From contig CAYPDT010000003.1 of assembly GCA_964409615.1 (NCBI GenBank), forward strand, positions 24,576 to 88,575: 64,000 nucleotides of DNA, given 5' to 3'. Below the pieces are notes generated by a model, which was not told the origin of the DNA, made no database searches, and was given only the letters and a program-made list of their open reading frames with translations. Positions 63,801 through 64,000 of the stretch are shown piece by piece. The stretch is from an uncultured Candidatus Saccharibacteria bacterium (GTDB lineage: Bacteria > Patescibacteriota > Saccharimonadia > Saccharimonadales > AWTP1-31). Made by a program: the position numbers and the translations under genes. Each line of letters opens with the position of its first letter. Positions within the stretch are counted from its first letter, which is position 1.

Positions 63801-64000
63801 ATGCAGCATATAAGAGTCGCAAAATATACATTGTGCGACGTTGAATGTGCAGCCTTTTGTTTTGATAGGATTTCAGTACAACTGACTTTCGTTCTATTGT
63901 TTGGCCTGCTTTGTTTATTTTTTGCACTGCCTGCCCTCATGTTCTGGCATTCAAAATTCTGGCCTGTGTTAGAGCTGTGTTCTAAGCCTTGCGTCAAATC
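63801..64000 (+). CDS. Possible 5' fragment of a Cys-rich membrane protein running off the window
   Basis: The frame is open from ATG 63801 to the window end: MQHIRVAKYTLCDVECAAFCFDRISVQLTFVLLFGLLCLFFALPALMFWHSKFWPV.... It contains one clear TM helix. There is no good SD, and a competing antisense ORF exists. Confidence 0.25.
   Translation, partial: MQHIRVAKYTLCDVECAAFCFDRISVQLTFVLLFGLLCLFFALPALMFWHSKFWPVLELCSKPCVK

Noticed and set aside
63575-63997. Minus-strand ORFs at 63575-63757 (60 aa) and 63761-63997 (78 aa) in the terminal AT-rich region.
   Set aside because: Their products look of low complexity and have odd composition, with no SD. They overlap repeats and palindromes. A plus-strand frame with a clear TM helix competes with the second one. 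I consider both unsupported.
1-64000. I scanned for tRNA, rRNA or tmRNA genes, CRISPR arrays, transposases, integrases and prophage genes.
   Set aside because: I saw no cloverleaf-compatible sequence with a GTTCGA(A/T)TC T-loop in the few intergenic regions. There were no regularly spaced 25-40-nt repeats and no DDE, tyrosine or serine recombinase motifs among the ORFs. This was a by-eye scan only, so tRNAscan-SE, Infernal and CRISPR finders should confirm it.

Overview
The window is 64 kb of densely packed coding sequence. I count about 67 CDS, roughly 85% of them on the + strand. I found no rRNA, tRNA, CRISPR array, transposase or integrase by reading. Gene content is core housekeeping from a small-genome, monoderm-type bacterium. 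My inference, not a computed result, is a Patescibacteria/CPR organism of the Saccharibacteria type. The reasons are:
- Operon orders resemble Firmicutes, but pyrH, cdsA, dxr and most mur genes are missing from their usual slots.
- A sortase and a heliorhodopsin are present.
- EF-Ts is short and ProRS lacks the INS domain.
- RF1 and RF2 are both present and TGA is used as a stop codon, so the genetic code is standard.

Layout by coordinate:
- 1-7.1 kb: rplU 3' end, parAB, lepB, an HtrA-like protease, and prmC-prfA-rpmE.
- 7.2-14.4 kb: rpsB-tsf, a reverse-strand orphan gene, then frr-uppS-rseP, a CPBP protease and proS.
- 14.4-19.9 kb: greA, csaA, lysS, a MacB-type ABC pair, a DUF427 protein and msrA.
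- 19.9-25.9 kb: a sortase divergent from a heliorhodopsin, two rRNA methyltransferases, a PD-(D/E)XK nuclease, serS and hpf.
- 26-37 kb: secA, an M16 peptidase, prfB, ftsEX, a PcsB-like CHAP hydrolase, an S41 peptidase and pyrG.
- 37-47 kb: a receiver protein, an FHA-transglutaminase fusion, rpmA, a Trm11-like methyltransferase, xseAB, a degenerate kinase/receiver pair coupled to recO, and glyQS.
- 47-56 kb: a more accessory stretch with an MFS transporter, hydrolases, def, rnhA, a three-gene cassette of unknown function, a flavodoxin-like protein, a GH1 glycosidase and a Tat-signal protein.
- 56-63.4 kb: a gapped dcw cluster (mraZ, rsmH, ftsL-like, ftsI, ftsW, murG, ftsQ-like).
- 63.4-64 kb: 0.6 kb of AT-rich, repeat-bearing sequence.

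The items most worth a second look are:
- The cassette at 51.2-53.0 kb, which pairs a protein that looks KwaB/DUF4868-like (from memory, unverified) with an NYN nuclease and a 2-TM miniprotein.
- A histidine-kinase-like and receiver-like pair that have both lost their phosphotransfer residues and are translationally coupled to recO.
- A heliorhodopsin with all key residues conserved.
- A cluster of DnaA boxes and a GTGGGTA repeat array upstream of mraZ.
- Widespread -10 boxes lying 6-10 nt from start codons, which implies leaderless mRNAs.
- The unusual non-coding spacers inside and after the dcw cluster.

All homology calls come from motif recognition by eye. No searches were run.
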